From contig JBJDXP010000014.1 of the NCBI GenBank assembly GCA_051866735.1, positions 9,374 to 73,373 on the forward strand: a stretch of 64,000 nucleotides of DNA, in the 5' to 3' direction. This DNA is from Candidatus Limivicinus sp. (GTDB taxonomy: Bacteria; Bacillota; Clostridia; Oscillospirales; Oscillospiraceae). Below the pieces are notes generated by a model that saw only the letters and a list, made by a program, of their open reading frames with translations, searched no databases and was not told the DNA's origin. The position numbers and the translations under genes are program-made. Shown here piece after piece: positions 53,883 through 63,446 of the stretch (position 1 is its first letter; the number at the start of each line of letters is the position of its first letter).

Positions 53883-53940
53883 GGCTCCCCTTGTCAGGGG
53901 AGCTGGCTGCCCGTAGGGCAGACTGAGGGGTAGTCAAAGG
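53883..53940. repeat. H-x-I composite repeat
   Basis: ggctccccttgtcaggggagctg + central hairpin ctgcccgtagggcag + ctgaggggtagtcaaagg. Both flanks are identical to the reverse complement of 63447-63500, but the centre differs. Confidence 0.8.
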
Positions 53941-54000
53941 TGGCGGTAAAGCAAACCCCTCTGCCCCCTTCGGAAGCACGCTTCCGCACCCCAGGACAAA

Positions 54001-54044
54001 AAAAGGAAATGTACATTCCTTTCGGAATATACATTTCCTTTTTT
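54001..54044. terminator. Bidirectional intrinsic terminator
   Basis: aaaaggaaatgta...tacatttcctttt is a nested hairpin with an A-run and a T-run. It sits between the ABC exporter and the convergent divIVA-like gene. Confidence 0.8.
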
Positions 54045-54046
54045 AT

Positions 54047-54562
54047 TTATTCTTCTTCCTCTATGGAGAACAGCTCTTTTGCGATGGCGTCCACCTTCTG
54101 GCTCAGATCGTCGGGCGCTTTGGGCGCTTCCTCCGGGTACAGGCCACAGAGGAAATCCTGCCATTCGTCATTCAGCGCCTCGATACAGGCCATGTGCTGC
54201 TCTTTCATGCGGGAAAAGCAGGCCTCAACCCGCTCCACAGCGTAGTCCTCCCGCTGCTGGGCCTGGGTCCGAATCTCCTCGCTCTGGGCCCGGGCTTCCG
54301 CCACGATCTCCTCCGCCCGGGTCTGGGCGTCCATGATGATCTGCTGGGAGATGGTCTTGGCGGAGAGCAGCGCGTCGCCGATCTCGTTTTTCTGGCCGTT
54401 GAGCAATGTAAGCTGGCGCTGAAGCAGCGCGTTTTCTTCGCTGAGGGCCAGCGCCTGCTGGCGGATATCCTGCAATACGGCCTCCACCTTGTTGGCGTTA
54501 TAATATTTTTTCTTCACCACGTCGATGTGGATCGCGTCGAAATATTCCTTGTCCAGTGCCAT
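54047..54562 (-). CDS. DivIVA-domain coiled-coil protein
   Basis: The N-terminus (F..I...VVKKKYYNANKVEAVLQDI) is followed by a long heptad-rich coiled coil, as in DivIVA and GpsB relatives. Confidence 0.75.
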   Translation of the reverse strand: MALDKEYFDAIHIDVVKKKYYNANKVEAVLQDIRQQALALSEENALLQRQLTLLNGQKNEIGDALLSAKTISQQIIMDAQTRAEEIVAEARAQSEEIRTQAQQREDYAVERVEACFSRMKEQHMACIEALNDEWQDFLCGLYPEEAPKAPDDLSQKVDAIAKELFSIEEEE

Positions 54563-54728
54563 AACGGGCCTCCTGTTCCGGGGAAAAACCTTCCTGTAGG
54601 TGGATTATACCAGAAAAGAGAGAACTTATCAACAGGGGAATATTTCCCTGGCCGCGAAAGGAACCTTTTGCCATTTTTCCGGTTTTCCTGTAAAATAGAA
54701 GTACACCATACGGAAAAGAGGGAGCAGC

Positions 54729-54935
54729 ATGACGCAGACGGACAGAATGCCCTTGGAAGTGCAGAGCAGTGTACGGCGTTACCTCTCTTACGGTTGGGGC
54801 AACAGCATTATCATCAGCCTGGTGCGGCGGCGTTTCGGGGCGCGGATCAGCTCCCGCTGCCTGAACAACATGCGCAAAGGGCTGCCGTGTACACCCAAAT
54901 GCCGGGAAAACTGTGTATTCCGGAGTTCTGAGTAA
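54729..54935 (+). CDS. Small basic hypothetical protein (68 aa)
   Basis: GAGGGAG lies 5 nt before the ATG, and a strong terminator follows directly. I recognise no family. Confidence 0.3.
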   Translation: MTQTDRMPLEVQSSVRRYLSYGWGNSIIISLVRRRFGARISSRCLNNMRKGLPCTPKCRENCVFRSSE

Positions 54936-54964
54936 AAACGGGAGGGTGAAGACCCTCCCGTTTT
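54935..54964. terminator. Bidirectional intrinsic terminator
   Basis: aaaacgggagggt-gaaga-ccctcccgtttt. Confidence 0.85.
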
Positions 54965-54973
54965 CATTTACTT

Positions 54974-55885
54974 TTATTCACAGAGCCTGCAGGCGGTCCG
55001 GGCCGCCACAGCGGCGTTATTCAGTACCAGTTTGATGTTGCTCTCCAGACTGTCGCCGCCGGTCAGCTCCACCACCCGGGCCAGCAGGAAGGGCGTGGTC
55101 TCCTTGCCGTGGACGCCCTGTTCCACGCTCTCTTTAAGGGCCTGTTCGATAGCGGCGTCAATGACGGCCTTGTCCATGGCATATTCCTCGGGAATGGGGT
55201 TGGTGACCAGCATACCGCCCTTGTAGCCCAGATCCCGCTGTGCGCGGAACATGGCGGCCAGCTCCTCAGGGCTGTCCACCCGGTAGTCCACACCAAAGCC
55301 GCTCTTCCGGGTGTAGAAGGCGGGCAGCTCTTCGGTGCCGTAGCCGATGACGGGCACACCGTGGGTCTCCAGATACTCCAGGGTCAGGCCCAGGTCAAGG
55401 ATGGATTTAGCACCGGCGCAGACCACCATCACCGGCGTCTGGGCCAGCTCCTCCAGGTCGGCGGAGATGTCCATGGTGGTCTCCGCACCCCGGTGTACGC
55501 CGCCGATACCGCCGGTGGCAAAGACCTGGATCCCGGCCATATGGGCGATGATCATGGTGGTGGTGACGGTGGTCGCGCCGTCCGCGCCCCGGGCCACCAG
55601 GGCCGGCAGGTCACGGCGGCTGGCTTTCGCCACATTGCGTCCGGCTTTGCCCAGATACTCGATCTCCTCATGGCTCAGACCTGCCTTCAGCCGGCCGCCG
55701 ATGACGGCGATGGTGGCGGGAACAGCGCCGTTTTTGCGAATGGTGTCTTCCACCAGCAGGGCGGTCTCCACATTTTTGGGGTAGGGCATGCCGTGGGAGA
55801 TGATGGTGCTCTCCAGCGCGACAACGGGCCTGCCCTGTGCAAGAGCCTCCTTTACCTCGGGAGCAATGTCAAGATATTTGTTCAT
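54974..55885 (-). CDS. psuG: Pseudouridine-5'-phosphate glycosidase
   Basis: RPVVALESTIISHGMPYPKNVETA...ATIAVIGGRLKAGL... is a full-length PsuG (indigoidine synthase A-like) pattern. The start was moved to the ATG at 55885, after AGGAGG. Confidence 0.92.
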   Translation of the reverse strand: MNKYLDIAPEVKEALAQGRPVVALESTIISHGMPYPKNVETALLVEDTIRKNGAVPATIAVIGGRLKAGLSHEEIEYLGKAGRNVAKASRRDLPALVARGADGATTVTTTMIIAHMAGIQVFATGGIGGVHRGAETTMDISADLEELAQTPVMVVCAGAKSILDLGLTLEYLETHGVPVIGYGTEELPAFYTRKSGFGVDYRVDSPEELAAMFRAQRDLGYKGGMLVTNPIPEEYAMDKAVIDAAIEQALKESVEQGVHGKETTPFLLARVVELTGGDSLESNIKLVLNNAAVAARTACRLCE

Positions 55886-55914
55886 ACGAACCTCCTGTGT
55901 TTGATAGCATGGAT

Positions 55915-55942
55915 ATTGTATGCCATATTTGTGGAAAGTCAA
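55915..55942 (-). promoter_or_regulatory. Own promoter for psuG
   Basis: On the minus strand: TTGACT (55942-55937), a 16-nt spacer, then TACAAT (55920-55915). Confidence 0.5.
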
Positions 55943-55967
55943 GTCGACAAATATAAATAATGTAAAA

Positions 55968-56001
55968 ATACCGGAGATGCGGGCAAGCCGTATCTCCGGT
56001 A
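55968..56001 (-). terminator. Terminator after the nucleoside ABC permease genes
   Basis: On the minus strand: ataccggagat-acggcttgcccgc-atctccggtat, followed by tttttaca. Confidence 0.7.
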
Positions 56002-56017
56002 TCTATGCATGTAAGGC

Positions 56018-56959
56018 TCAGCGGGAGCCTTTATCGTAAGGTATACCCTCGGCCTTGGGGGCCCGGGACTTCTTGGACGTAAAGGCCAGCACGACAAGGG
56101 AGATGATATAGGGCAGCATATTGTAAACAGTACTGGGGATGTTCAGCGCAGTCAGAAAGCTGAACCCGGTATAGACATTGGACAGGGCGCGGAACATACC
56201 GAAGAGCAGCGCCGCCAGGGCAATTCGGGTGGGCTTCCACTGGCCGAAGATCATGACTGCCAGCGCCAGGAAGCCAAAGCCAGCCACACCGTTTTCAAAC
56301 TTCCACTCGGACACACCGGCCAGAATGTAGCAGATGCCGCCCAGGCCGCCCAGAACGCCGGAGATGAGCACACCGGCCCAACGCATTTTATACACGTTGA
56401 TACCCACGGAGTCCGCCGCCTGGGGATGCTCACCGCAGGCCATAAGACGGAGACCAAACTTGGTCTTATAAAGGGCAACATAGGCAAAGATCAGGGCCAG
56501 GACTGCAATGACCATGAACCAGTTGAACTCAAAGCTGCCGATATTCAGAAGGAAAGCTTTCTTCTGGCTGATGTACTGGATGGTTGCGGAGACGTTGTCC
56601 GGATTCTCGGCGGTATTGATTGCCTTGACAATGACCGTGGCAGCAGCCACGCCCAGCAGGTTCATGGCTGTACCCACGATGGTCTGATCTGCCTTGAAAT
56701 TGATACAGGCCACGGCCAGCAGGCAGGAGAAGAATACGCCTACAAGGACAGCGCCGATCAGCGTGGCAAAAATCATGACCACAGCGGGAGTTCCTGCCGG
56801 CATGTACTTCATGACCAGCGCGCCGCCCAGAGCGCCCATAACCATAATGCCCTCAAGTCCGATGTTGATTACACCGGAATGCTCGGAAAAGCAGCCGCCC
56901 AACGCGACCAGAAGCAGAACAGAGGCGAAAATCAGGGTATACTGGATAAGAAGCAGCAT
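56018..56959 (-). CDS. ABC importer permease (BMP/nucleoside system, YufQ/NupQ type)
   Basis: 313 aa, polytopic branched-chain/ribose-type permease. It is part of the SBP-ATPase-permease-permease unit. Confidence 0.88.
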   Translation of the reverse strand: MLLLIQYTLIFASVLLLVALGGCFSEHSGVINIGLEGIMVMGALGGALVMKYMPAGTPAVVMIFATLIGAVLVGVFFSCLLAVACINFKADQTIVGTAMNLLGVAAATVIVKAINTAENPDNVSATIQYISQKKAFLLNIGSFEFNWFMVIAVLALIFAYVALYKTKFGLRLMACGEHPQAADSVGINVYKMRWAGVLISGVLGGLGGICYILAGVSEWKFENGVAGFGFLALAVMIFGQWKPTRIALAALLFGMFRALSNVYTGFSFLTALNIPSTVYNMLPYIISLVVLAFTSKKSRAPKAEGIPYDKGSR

Positions 56960-58092
56960 TATTTCTGACCTCCTTCCTCAGTCTCGGCTCGGGCAAGCTT
57001 CTCGGCTTTTTTGGCTTCACGCCGGTCTATGGCGGAGTTCATAAAGTACTTGAAGAAGGCCACGAAGCCGCAGAGGTAGATAATGATTGAAGAGATAAGG
57101 TCGGATATCTGTGCGCAGTACATGCTCTTGTCCACATACGCGCCGCCGTTGGTAATATGCTGGATAAAGTACGAGGAGAAGATGGTGCCGATGGGGTTCA
57201 GACCGCCCAGGAAGGCGGCGGCGATGCCGTTGAAGCCCATGCCGGGGACACTGGACTGGCTGCACTGCCACTGCTCAAAGCCGGTCAGGTACAGCAGCGC
57301 CGCGCCCAGACCCGCCAGTGCGCCGGAGATCATCATGGTGAGGATGATGTTCCGCTTCTCGTTCATGCCGCAGTATTTGGCTGCGTTCTTGTTGTTGCCG
57401 GTGGCGCGGAGCTCATAACCGAACTTGGTCTTTTCCAGAATGACCCATACTATTATTGCAACAATGACAGCAATGGGAATTGCGATTGTAACATAACGGT
57501 TGCCAGCAAACAGCTTGCTCAGCCCCATAGACGGGATTAGAGCAGAAGCATTCACGTTGACAAGATTAAAAGTATACGGGCTTGCTGTTTCCTTAACATT
57601 GTTAAGCAGAAGATTGGTACCGTATAGACTGATCCAGTTGAGCATGATGCAGGAGATGACCTCGTTAACGTTGCAGTAGGACTTCAGCAAGCCGGAGATG
57701 GCGCCCAGCAGCGCGCCCGCGACCATGGCGGCGATCAGGCACACATACCAGGGCATATGCAGAGCCAGAGCCAGATACAGACTGGCGGCCACGCCCACCA
57801 CATACTGACCGGCGGCGCCGATGTTGAACAGGCCCACCTTATAGGCAAAGAGCACGGACAGGCCGCACATCAGCAGCGGAGCGGTCTTGACCAAAGTATT
57901 ACCAAAATATTTTATCACGGCAGCTTTGCTGGGATAATAGAAAAAGTTTTTGATGACGGTGATGATGGCCTCCCAGGCCCCGGCAGGGTTAATCAACAGC
58001 AGAACGATATAGCCGATCAGCAGGCCCGCCAGTACGCACAGCAGGGAGGCCAGCAGGGACTGTACCGCCTGGTTTTTCAGGATCTTTTTCAT
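56959..58092 (-). CDS. ABC importer permease (YufP/NupP type)
   Basis: 377 aa and polytopic, with overlapping stop/start codons on both sides. Confidence 0.88.
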   Translation of the reverse strand: MKKILKNQAVQSLLASLLCVLAGLLIGYIVLLLINPAGAWEAIITVIKNFFYYPSKAAVIKYFGNTLVKTAPLLMCGLSVLFAYKVGLFNIGAAGQYVVGVAASLYLALALHMPWYVCLIAAMVAGALLGAISGLLKSYCNVNEVISCIMLNWISLYGTNLLLNNVKETASPYTFNLVNVNASALIPSMGLSKLFAGNRYVTIAIPIAVIVAIIVWVILEKTKFGYELRATGNNKNAAKYCGMNEKRNIILTMMISGALAGLGAALLYLTGFEQWQCSQSSVPGMGFNGIAAAFLGGLNPIGTIFSSYFIQHITNGGAYVDKSMYCAQISDLISSIIIYLCGFVAFFKYFMNSAIDRREAKKAEKLARAETEEGGQK

Positions 58093-59627
58093 TGGGCAGC
58101 ACCCTCCCTCTTGGCACCGGCCATATACAGGCCCAGTTCTTCCACAGTTGTCTTTTTCGGGTCAAGTTCGCCCACGATCTCGCCCTCATACATGACCAGA
58201 ATACGGTCGGAAAGGCTCATAACCTCGTCCAGCTCCAGTGAGACCAGAAGCACTGCGCCTCCGGCGTCCCGCTGGGCCACAAGCTGCTTATGAATATACT
58301 CAATGGCGCCTACGTCCAGACCGCGGGTGGGCTGCACGGCCACCAGAAGTTTGGGATCCTTGTCCAGCTCACGGGCCACAATGGCCTTCTGCTGGTTGCC
58401 GCCGGACATGCTGCGGGCCACTGTGACGGGGCCCTGGCCGGAACGCACGTCGTATTGGTCGATCAATTTCTCGGCGTACTTACGAATCTGCGGCCGTTTC
58501 AGGAAGCCGGCCTTGTTGGTGAACTCCGGCTCAAAGTAGCGCTGGAGCACCATGTTGTATTCAAGGGGGTAATCCAGAACCAGGCCGTGCTTATGCCGGT
58601 CCTCGGGAATATGGCTCATGCCCATGACGGAGCGGCTGCGGATGGGTGCTTTGGTGATATCTTGTCCGCAGAGCGTGAGCTTTCCGGCTTTCAGCGGCTC
58701 CAGCCCGGTAATGCCGTAGACAAGCTCGGTCTGGCCGTTGCCGTCGATACCGGCGATGCACAGGATCTCGCCGGCGTGAACCTGGAAGCTGACGTCTTTC
58801 ACCGCATTGTTGCTGTGTACTTTAGAGGCTACCGTGATGCCTTCCACATCCAGCACCACCTCGCCGGGCTTTGCCTCGTCTTTGGCGACCACAAATTCCA
58901 CGTCGCGGCCTACCATCATGCGGCTCAGCTCCTCCTTGCTGGTCTTTGCGGTCTCCACTGTGCCTATGTACTTGCCTTTGCGAAGGACCGTTACCCGATC
59001 GGAGACTTCCATGATCTCATTGAGCTTATGGGAGATAAAGAGAATGCTCTTTCCCTCGGCGGAGAGGTTTTTCATGATCTGCATCAGCTCGTCGATCTCC
59101 TGTGGGGTCAGAACGGCGGTAGGCTCGTCGAAAATGAGGATCTCATTGTCCCGGTACAGCATTTTGAGGATCTCGGTACGCTGCTGCATACCCACGGTGA
59201 TATCCTCGATCAGGGCATCCGGATCCACATGCAGTCCATACCGCTCCGACAGGGCAAGAACCTTTTCCCGGGCCTCCTGCTTCTGCAAAAATCCGTGCTT
59301 GTTGGGCTCCACGCCCAAAATGATGTTGTCCAGCACGGTAAAGCACTCCACCAGCTTGAAATGCTGGTGCACCATGCCTATGCCAAGGTCGTTGGCGTCG
59401 TTGGGGTTTTTGATCTGGACCTCCCGGCCGTCCTTTTTAATGACGCCCTCCTCCGCCTGATAAAGGCCGAAAAGCACACTCATCAGGGTGGACTTGCCCG
59501 CGCCGTTTTCACCCAGCAGGGCATGAATTTCGCCTTTTTTCAGCTGCAGGGTGATATCGTCATTGGCAATGATACCGGGAAATTTTTTGGTAATGTGAAG
59601 CATCTCAATTGCATATGGATTCTCCAA
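58089..59627 (-). CDS. ABC importer ATPase with duplicated NBDs
   Basis: GENGAGKST, a first NBD signature region and ILIFDEPT are followed by a second, degenerate NBD ([21 protein letters not shown]). Confidence 0.92.
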   Translation of the reverse strand: MENPYAIEMLHITKKFPGIIANDDITLQLKKGEIHALLGENGAGKSTLMSVLFGLYQAEEGVIKKDGREVQIKNPNDANDLGIGMVHQHFKLVECFTVLDNIILGVEPNKHGFLQKQEAREKVLALSERYGLHVDPDALIEDITVGMQQRTEILKMLYRDNEILIFDEPTAVLTPQEIDELMQIMKNLSAEGKSILFISHKLNEIMEVSDRVTVLRKGKYIGTVETAKTSKEELSRMMVGRDVEFVVAKDEAKPGEVVLDVEGITVASKVHSNNAVKDVSFQVHAGEILCIAGIDGNGQTELVYGITGLEPLKAGKLTLCGQDITKAPIRSRSVMGMSHIPEDRHKHGLVLDYPLEYNMVLQRYFEPEFTNKAGFLKRPQIRKYAEKLIDQYDVRSGQGPVTVARSMSGGNQQKAIVARELDKDPKLLVAVQPTRGLDVGAIEYIHKQLVAQRDAGGAVLLVSLELDEVMSLSDRILVMYEGEIVGELDPKKTTVEELGLYMAGAKREGAAQ

Positions 59628-59753
59628 CCGTATCGACCTCCCTCTATAACAATAGTTGTTATTTATATTACACCATTTATCGCCGGATTACAAACAATTT
59701 TCACATCGTCCGGGATTTTTTTCGTACAGCCCGCGCCGGGCCGATCAGGGAAT

Positions 59754-59780
59754 AAAAAAAGACAGGCCGGATGGCCTGTC
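59754..59780 (-). terminator. Partial terminator between the binding-protein gene and the ATPase gene
   Basis: On the minus strand: gacaggcc-atcc-ggcctgtc followed by ttttttt. This is the usual arrangement for over-expressing the binding protein. Confidence 0.75.
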
Positions 59781-59802
59781 CTTAAAGGTGCTTGGGATGA
59801 AA

Positions 59803-61044
59803 TTACTTGATGTTGCCCTGGTAATCAACGGTCACGGCAGTGACTGCGGGCTCCGCACTAATATCATTGGATACGACAATCTCACCGTTGAACATGGCAG
59901 CGACGAGAGCCTTGTAGTCGTCCTGGGTGAAGCTGTCGGACCACTGCGTAGATTCCATGGGAATCTGGACATAGTTGAGGGTGGGATCGTCACCGGAAAC
60001 GAGGCCAAGAGCCTCAATCTTGCCTGCATATGCTTCCCAGTTGCCATTTACGATAACATCGGTCAGCGTGTCATATGTGGTGGGATACAGGCCCTTCATT
60101 GCAGAGGTAACGGTCATGCCCTCAGTATTCTGAAGACTGTTAATAATGGCAGCCTGGTCAACGTCGACGCCGATGACCTTGCCGTCGACCTTGGCAGCAG
60201 CCTCAGCCGCGGAGGTGTAGATGCCGCCGCCGCAGGCGAAGACGACCTCAGTGCCAGCTGCATACCAGGTATCCATAGCGGCGGTGATGTCGGGATCTCC
60301 GTAGAACTGGTTGCCGTATGCGTAGTTGATGGAGACCTCTGCGCCCAGCTCGGCAGCAGCGGCGTCAGCACCCTGAACAAAGCCGTAGCCATAGCGGACA
60401 ACAGCGGGAACAGCCATGCCGCCCAGGAAGCCCAGCTTGGTGTAGCCCAGCTTCACAGCTGCGTAACCGGCCATGTAACCGCACAGCTCTTCCTGATAGA
60501 TTGCGCAGTAGACATTGCTCATATCAACGTAATCTTCAAGATTCCAGTTATCGGGATTGTAATCATAAGTCTCGCCCTTGGCGGCAACTCCTGCTTCAAG
60601 CAGGTCTCCCTTTGAAACGTCCAAAACAATAAACTTCACATCGGGATAGAGAGGTGCAGCTTCTACAACAGTTCCACCGAAAGCGAAGCCAGGCATCACG
60701 ATGACGTTGTAGCCGTCGGCCACAGCGGCGTCGACCATAGCAACACGCTCAGCGGTAGAGTCGCCTGCGGGCTTATAGTACTTGAAGTCAACGGAGTTTT
60801 CCTCGCAGAATGCCTTGCAGGCCTCATAAGCGGTCTGGTTGAAGGACTGGTCGGTGATGTCGCCGTAGTCGGTGATCATTGCCACCTTGTACTCGGCTGC
60901 GACGGGCTCGGCGCTCTCCTCGGCAGGAGCGGCGCTCTCCTCAGCGGGAGCTGCGCTCTCCTCGGCAGGAGCTGCGGTCTGGCCGCAGGCGCAGAGGGCA
61001 AAGACCATGCATAGAGCCATGACAAGTGCCAGAATCTTTTTCAT
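59803..61044 (-). CDS. BMP-family (Med/PnrA-type) nucleoside-binding lipoprotein
   Basis: The start was moved to the ATG at 61044 (MKKILALVMALCMVFALCACGQ, lipobox). It has an (APAEESA)x3 linker and then the BMP core (YKVAMITDYGDITDQSFNQ...). Confidence 0.9.
   Translation of the reverse strand: MKKILALVMALCMVFALCACGQTAAPAEESAAPAEESAAPAEESAEPVAAEYKVAMITDYGDITDQSFNQTAYEACKAFCEENSVDFKYYKPAGDSTAERVAMVDAAVADGYNVIVMPGFAFGGTVVEAAPLYPDVKFIVLDVSKGDLLEAGVAAKGETYDYNPDNWNLEDYVDMSNVYCAIYQEELCGYMAGYAAVKLGYTKLGFLGGMAVPAVVRYGYGFVQGADAAAAELGAEVSINYAYGNQFYGDPDITAAMDTWYAAGTEVVFACGGGIYTSAAEAAAKVDGKVIGVDVDQAAIINSLQNTEGMTVTSAMKGLYPTTYDTLTDVIVNGNWEAYAGKIEALGLVSGDDPTLNYVQIPMESTQWSDSFTQDDYKALVAAMFNGEIVVSNDISAEPAVTAVTVDYQGNIK
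60911..60973. repeat. In-frame tandem repeat, 3 x 21 nt
   Basis: The units gcgctctcctcRgcRggagcK lie at 60911, 60932 and 60953. They encode the AAPAEES x3 linker of the lipoprotein. Confidence 0.85.
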
Positions 61045-61111
61045 GTTTTTTCCTCCATAAAAATATTTTTTGCAACAGAATTTCCGGCGTGCTTTTTCAC
61101 GCCGCATGGGC

Positions 61112-61141
61112 ATTATAGCATGTCCCTGCTTTACAAATCAA
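61112..61141 (-). promoter_or_regulatory. Promoter of the nucleoside ABC operon
   Basis: On the minus strand: TTGATT (61141-61136), an 18-nt spacer, then TATAAT (61117-61112). Confidence 0.5.
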
Positions 61142-61180
61142 GAAGAATGTGCGCAAATTCGCAAAAATAAGTAAAGAAAT

Positions 61181-61909
61181 TTACAGATTGGTCATCTTGA
61201 CGGCAGTGTCCAGAGCAATTTCCATCATCTGGGTAAAGGAGTTCTGCCTGTCCTCCGGAGAGAGGGCCTCGTCCCGGTACAGATGGTCGGAAACGGTGCA
61301 CAGGCACAGGCCCCGCTTTCCGGCGTAGGCCGCGTTCATGTACAGAGCCGCCGCCTCCATCTCCACCGCCAGAACGCCCATGCGCTTCCAGAGGTCGGAG
61401 TAGTTGGAGCCCTCGGCGTAATAGAAGTTGTCAGAGGAGAGGATGTTGCCCACCTTGATGTCCACGCCGTGCTCCCGGCCCGCTTCCACGGCGGCAGAGA
61501 GCAGAGCGAAATCCGCAACGGGGGCAAAGGTCCCGGGCAGGCCAAACTGGTCGCCGTAGCTGGAATTGGTGCAGGCGCCCTGACCGGCCACGATATCCAT
61601 CAGCTTCAGCTCGTCGCTCAGGGCGCCGGCGGAGCCGATGCGGATGATGTTGTCCACATCATAGAAGTTGAAAAGCTCCCAGCTGTATATGCCGATGGCC
61701 GGCATACCCATGCCGGAGGCCATAACGGTGACGGGGACGCCTTTCCAGGTGCCGGTGTGGCCCTGAACGCCGCGGACGTTATTCACCAGAACCGGGTCGG
61801 TAAGGAAATTTTCCGCAATGAATTTGGCGCGGAGGGGATCGCCGGGCATGAGCACGGTCTTTGCGATATCCTCTTTCTTCGCGGCAATATGGGGGGTGGG
61901 AACGGACAT
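61181..61909 (-). CDS. deoD: Purine nucleoside phosphorylase, DeoD type
   Basis: TPHIAAKKEDIAKTVLMPGDPLRAKFIAE...GMGMPAIGIYSWEL...EMEAAALY. Confidence 0.93.
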   Translation of the reverse strand: MSVPTPHIAAKKEDIAKTVLMPGDPLRAKFIAENFLTDPVLVNNVRGVQGHTGTWKGVPVTVMASGMGMPAIGIYSWELFNFYDVDNIIRIGSAGALSDELKLMDIVAGQGACTNSSYGDQFGLPGTFAPVADFALLSAAVEAGREHGVDIKVGNILSSDNFYYAEGSNYSDLWKRMGVLAVEMEAAALYMNAAYAGKRGLCLCTVSDHLYRDEALSPEDRQNSFTQMMEIALDTAVKMTNL

Positions 61910-62037
61910 GGTATCAGCCTCCTGAAATAATTTCTTTTTTTATTATATTAGGAGAAAAAGCAAAAGTCAAATTGAAACGGGCCGATGGATATGATATACT
62001 AAGACGAAAAAACTAAAAAGTCAGGGGATTACAGGAT

Positions 62038-62658
62038 ATGAGCGATGTAATGGTAATCGGTATCGCCGGCGGTACCGGCAGCGGTAAAACCACCATCACC
62101 AAAAAGCTGATGCAGCGCTTCGGCAGCAATGTGTCGGTCATCTACCACGACAACTACTACAAGGCCCACCACGACATGCCCTTTGAGCAGCGCAGCAAGC
62201 TCAACTACGACCATCCCAACGCTTTTGACACGGACATGCTGGTGGAGGCCATCAAGGAACTGAAGCGGGGGCACGCCGTCACCTGCCCCGTGTACGATTA
62301 CACCATCCATGACCGCACGGACAAGACCATCACCATAAAGCCCACCAAGGTGATCGTGGTGGAGGGGATCCTGATCTTCCAGAGCCGGGAGCTCTGCCAG
62401 CAGATGGACATCAAAATCTATGTGGACACCGACGCGGACGTGCGTATTCTGCGCCGCATCACCAGAGATGTGCGGGACCGGGGCCGCAGCCTGGAGAGTG
62501 TCATCAATCAGTATCTCAACACCGTAAAGCCCATGCATGAGCAGTTTGTGGAGCCCAGCAAGCGCAACGCGGACATCATCATCCCCGAGGGCGGCCACAA
62601 CCAGGTTGCACTGGACATGGTGATGGAGCGGGTCCGGGCCCATCTGGAAAAGAACTGA
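62038..62658 (+). CDS. udk: Uridine kinase
   Basis: IGIAGGTGSGKTT (P-loop), YHDNYYK, NYDHPNAFD and ...ILRRITRDVRDRGR. Confidence 0.95.
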   Translation: MSDVMVIGIAGGTGSGKTTITKKLMQRFGSNVSVIYHDNYYKAHHDMPFEQRSKLNYDHPNAFDTDMLVEAIKELKRGHAVTCPVYDYTIHDRTDKTITIKPTKVIVVEGILIFQSRELCQQMDIKIYVDTDADVRILRRITRDVRDRGRSLESVINQYLNTVKPMHEQFVEPSKRNADIIIPEGGHNQVALDMVMERVRAHLEKN

Positions 62659-62674
62659 AAGGAAAACGGCAAAA

Positions 62675-63256
62675 ATGGCAAAGCTGTACTTCAAATACGG
62701 AGCCATGGGCTCTTCCAAATCCGCCCAGGCGCTGATCACCCAGTTCAACTACGAGGAGCTGGGCATGAGCGTCTGGCTCATCAAGCCCAGCACCGACACC
62801 AGAGACGGGGCGGACATCATCCGCAGCCGTATCGGGCTGGAGCGCCGGGCCAGGGTCATCACCCCGGAGCAGGACATCCGGGAAGAGTACCGCCGGGAGG
62901 GCAGGCACGACGTGATCATCGCCGACGAGGCCCAGTTTTTCACCCCGGAGCAGATCGACCAGCTCCGCTATCTTGTGGACACGGAGGATCTGCCGGTGCT
63001 GTGCTTCGGCCTGCGCACGGATTTTCTGACCCACTTTTTCCCCGGCGCCCGGCGGCTGATGGAGCTTGCCGACTCCATCACGGAGATCAAGACCGTCTGT
63101 GCCTGCGGCCGGAAGGCCACGGTGAACGCCAGAATCGACCGGCAGGGCCGCATCATCACCCAGGGCGACCAGGTGCTTCTTGGCGGCAACGACAGCTATG
63201 TGGCCATGTGCCATAAATGCTGGAAGCGGAAAATCGCGGAACAGGAAAAGGCATAA
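62675..63256 (+). CDS. tdk: Thymidine kinase
   Basis: YGAMGSSKS (P-loop), IADEAQFF, and the C-terminal zinc ribbon CACG...CHKC. Confidence 0.95.
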   Translation: MAKLYFKYGAMGSSKSAQALITQFNYEELGMSVWLIKPSTDTRDGADIIRSRIGLERRARVITPEQDIREEYRREGRHDVIIADEAQFFTPEQIDQLRYLVDTEDLPVLCFGLRTDFLTHFFPGARRLMELADSITEIKTVCACGRKATVNARIDRQGRIITQGDQVLLGGNDSYVAMCHKCWKRKIAEQEKA

Positions 63257-63271
63257 AACACAGAAAAAGCA

Positions 63272-63364
63272 CTGTCATCCTGAGGAGCGAAGCGACGAAG
63301 GATCCCGTATGGAGAACTGCTCTCTCCGGTTTGCGGGATCCTTCGCTTGCGCTCAGGATGACAG
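63272..63364. repeat. Full hairpin copy of the GTCATCCTGA repeat family
   Basis: ctgtcatcctgaggagcgaagcgacgaaggatcccg ... cgggatccttcgcttgcgctcaggatgacag. Confidence 0.85.
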
Positions 63365-63380
63365 ATATTTTTACACTTTT

Positions 63381-63419
63381 ACTGTCATCCTGAGGAGCGA
63401 AGCGACGAAGGATCCCGTA
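63381..63419. repeat. Solo left arm of the same family
   Basis: This 39-nt stretch is identical to 63271-63309. Its partner arm appears to be the truncated copy at 63547-63580, with other modules inserted between them. Confidence 0.85.
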
Positions 63420-63446
63420 CTAATTCACTTTTCACGATTACTTCTG

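Noticed and set aside
58290-59810. 506-aa plus-strand ORF opposite the ABC ATPase
   Set aside because: It lies antisense to a gene that has Walker and signature motifs.
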